Assembly (NCBI GenBank): GCA_013265495.1 | Contig: MU058423.1 | Coordinates: forward strand, 695,061-759,060 | Source: Vicugna vicugna | Lineage: Eukaryota | Direction of reading: 5' to 3' | Length of the DNA: 64,000 bases | Shown here: positions 63,597 to 64,000 of the stretch, piece by piece | Position numbering within the stretch: the stretch's first letter is position 1 | Layout of the letters: each line of letters opens with the position of its first letter | Notes under the pieces: model-generated | What the model was told of the DNA's origin: nothing | The model's database searches: none | What the model saw: the letters and a program-made list of their open reading frames with translations, nothing else | Program-made: the position numbers and the translations under genes

Positions 63597-64000
63597 ATCC
63601 TATCAGACAGCAATTCATGCTGCAGCGAAGAATAAAGTGTGATGTGATAAATTGGGGGTGCTGAGTGTGAGCAGGTGGTGAGCAAGGGAAATGGGCCTTG
63701 AATCCAGATGGGCCTCTCAGATAAGATTATATCTGAGCAGAGACCTGAAGGAATGCGGGTTTCTTGGGGAAGAGCGTTCCCAGCAGAGGGAACAATGAAT
63801 CGAAAGTCCCTGGGGCAGGAGGGGCCTTGGTGCACTCTTCTTGGACTAGCGAGAAGGTGCTAATGGTCAAGCCATGAGAGCAGGGGGCAGGTAACAGGGA
63901 TGCAGCTTAGGCAAAGCCCTCGTGATCACCCGGATCACCACAAGGACTTGGCCCTTTGCCTTTTACTGAGCTGCTGGGAATAGGAAGCCATGGTGAAATT
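63420..64000 (-). mobile_element. L2 LINE fragment containing a (TAAA)n tract
   Basis: cagtccctgatcttcaggggcttacattctagtggagga...atctgagcagagacctgaagga...cccagcagagggaacaa...ggaagccatgg. Confidence 0.8.
63555..63598 (+). repeat. (AAAT)n microsatellite
   Basis: Perfect tetranucleotide run of about 11 units. Confidence 0.97.

Overview
Mammalian genomic DNA, probably camelid judging by three tRNA-derived Vic-1-like SINEs and the L1 3' ends. It contains the 5' end of KCND3 (Kv4.3 voltage-gated K+ channel) on the + strand: a CpG-island promoter (~48.4-50.65 kb), a non-coding exon 1 ending at 50047, a ~6.7 kb intron 1, and a large exon 2 (56719-57895; ATG at 56790). Exon 2 encodes the N-terminus, T1 domain, S1-S5 and the pore helix, and breaks inside the TTLG|YG selectivity filter. 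The first ~48 kb is gene-free upstream DNA rich in MIR, L2, L1, MaLR LTR and hAT-MER remnants, with several motif clusters that look like enhancers. I found no new multi-gene system. The most unusual features are: a ~85-nt near-perfect inverted repeat with mirror-image MEF2-like sites 2.5 kb upstream of exon 1; an 83-bp templated copy of a MER33 end plus flank inserted 2 kb away into an MLT1 LTR; a stop-free spliced 5' leader in frame with the Kv4.3 ATG (possible CUG-initiated extension); and minus-strand U1 sites suggesting a spliced divergent lncRNA. Repeat names were assigned by eye from remembered consensus sequences, and boundaries of old repeats are approximate.
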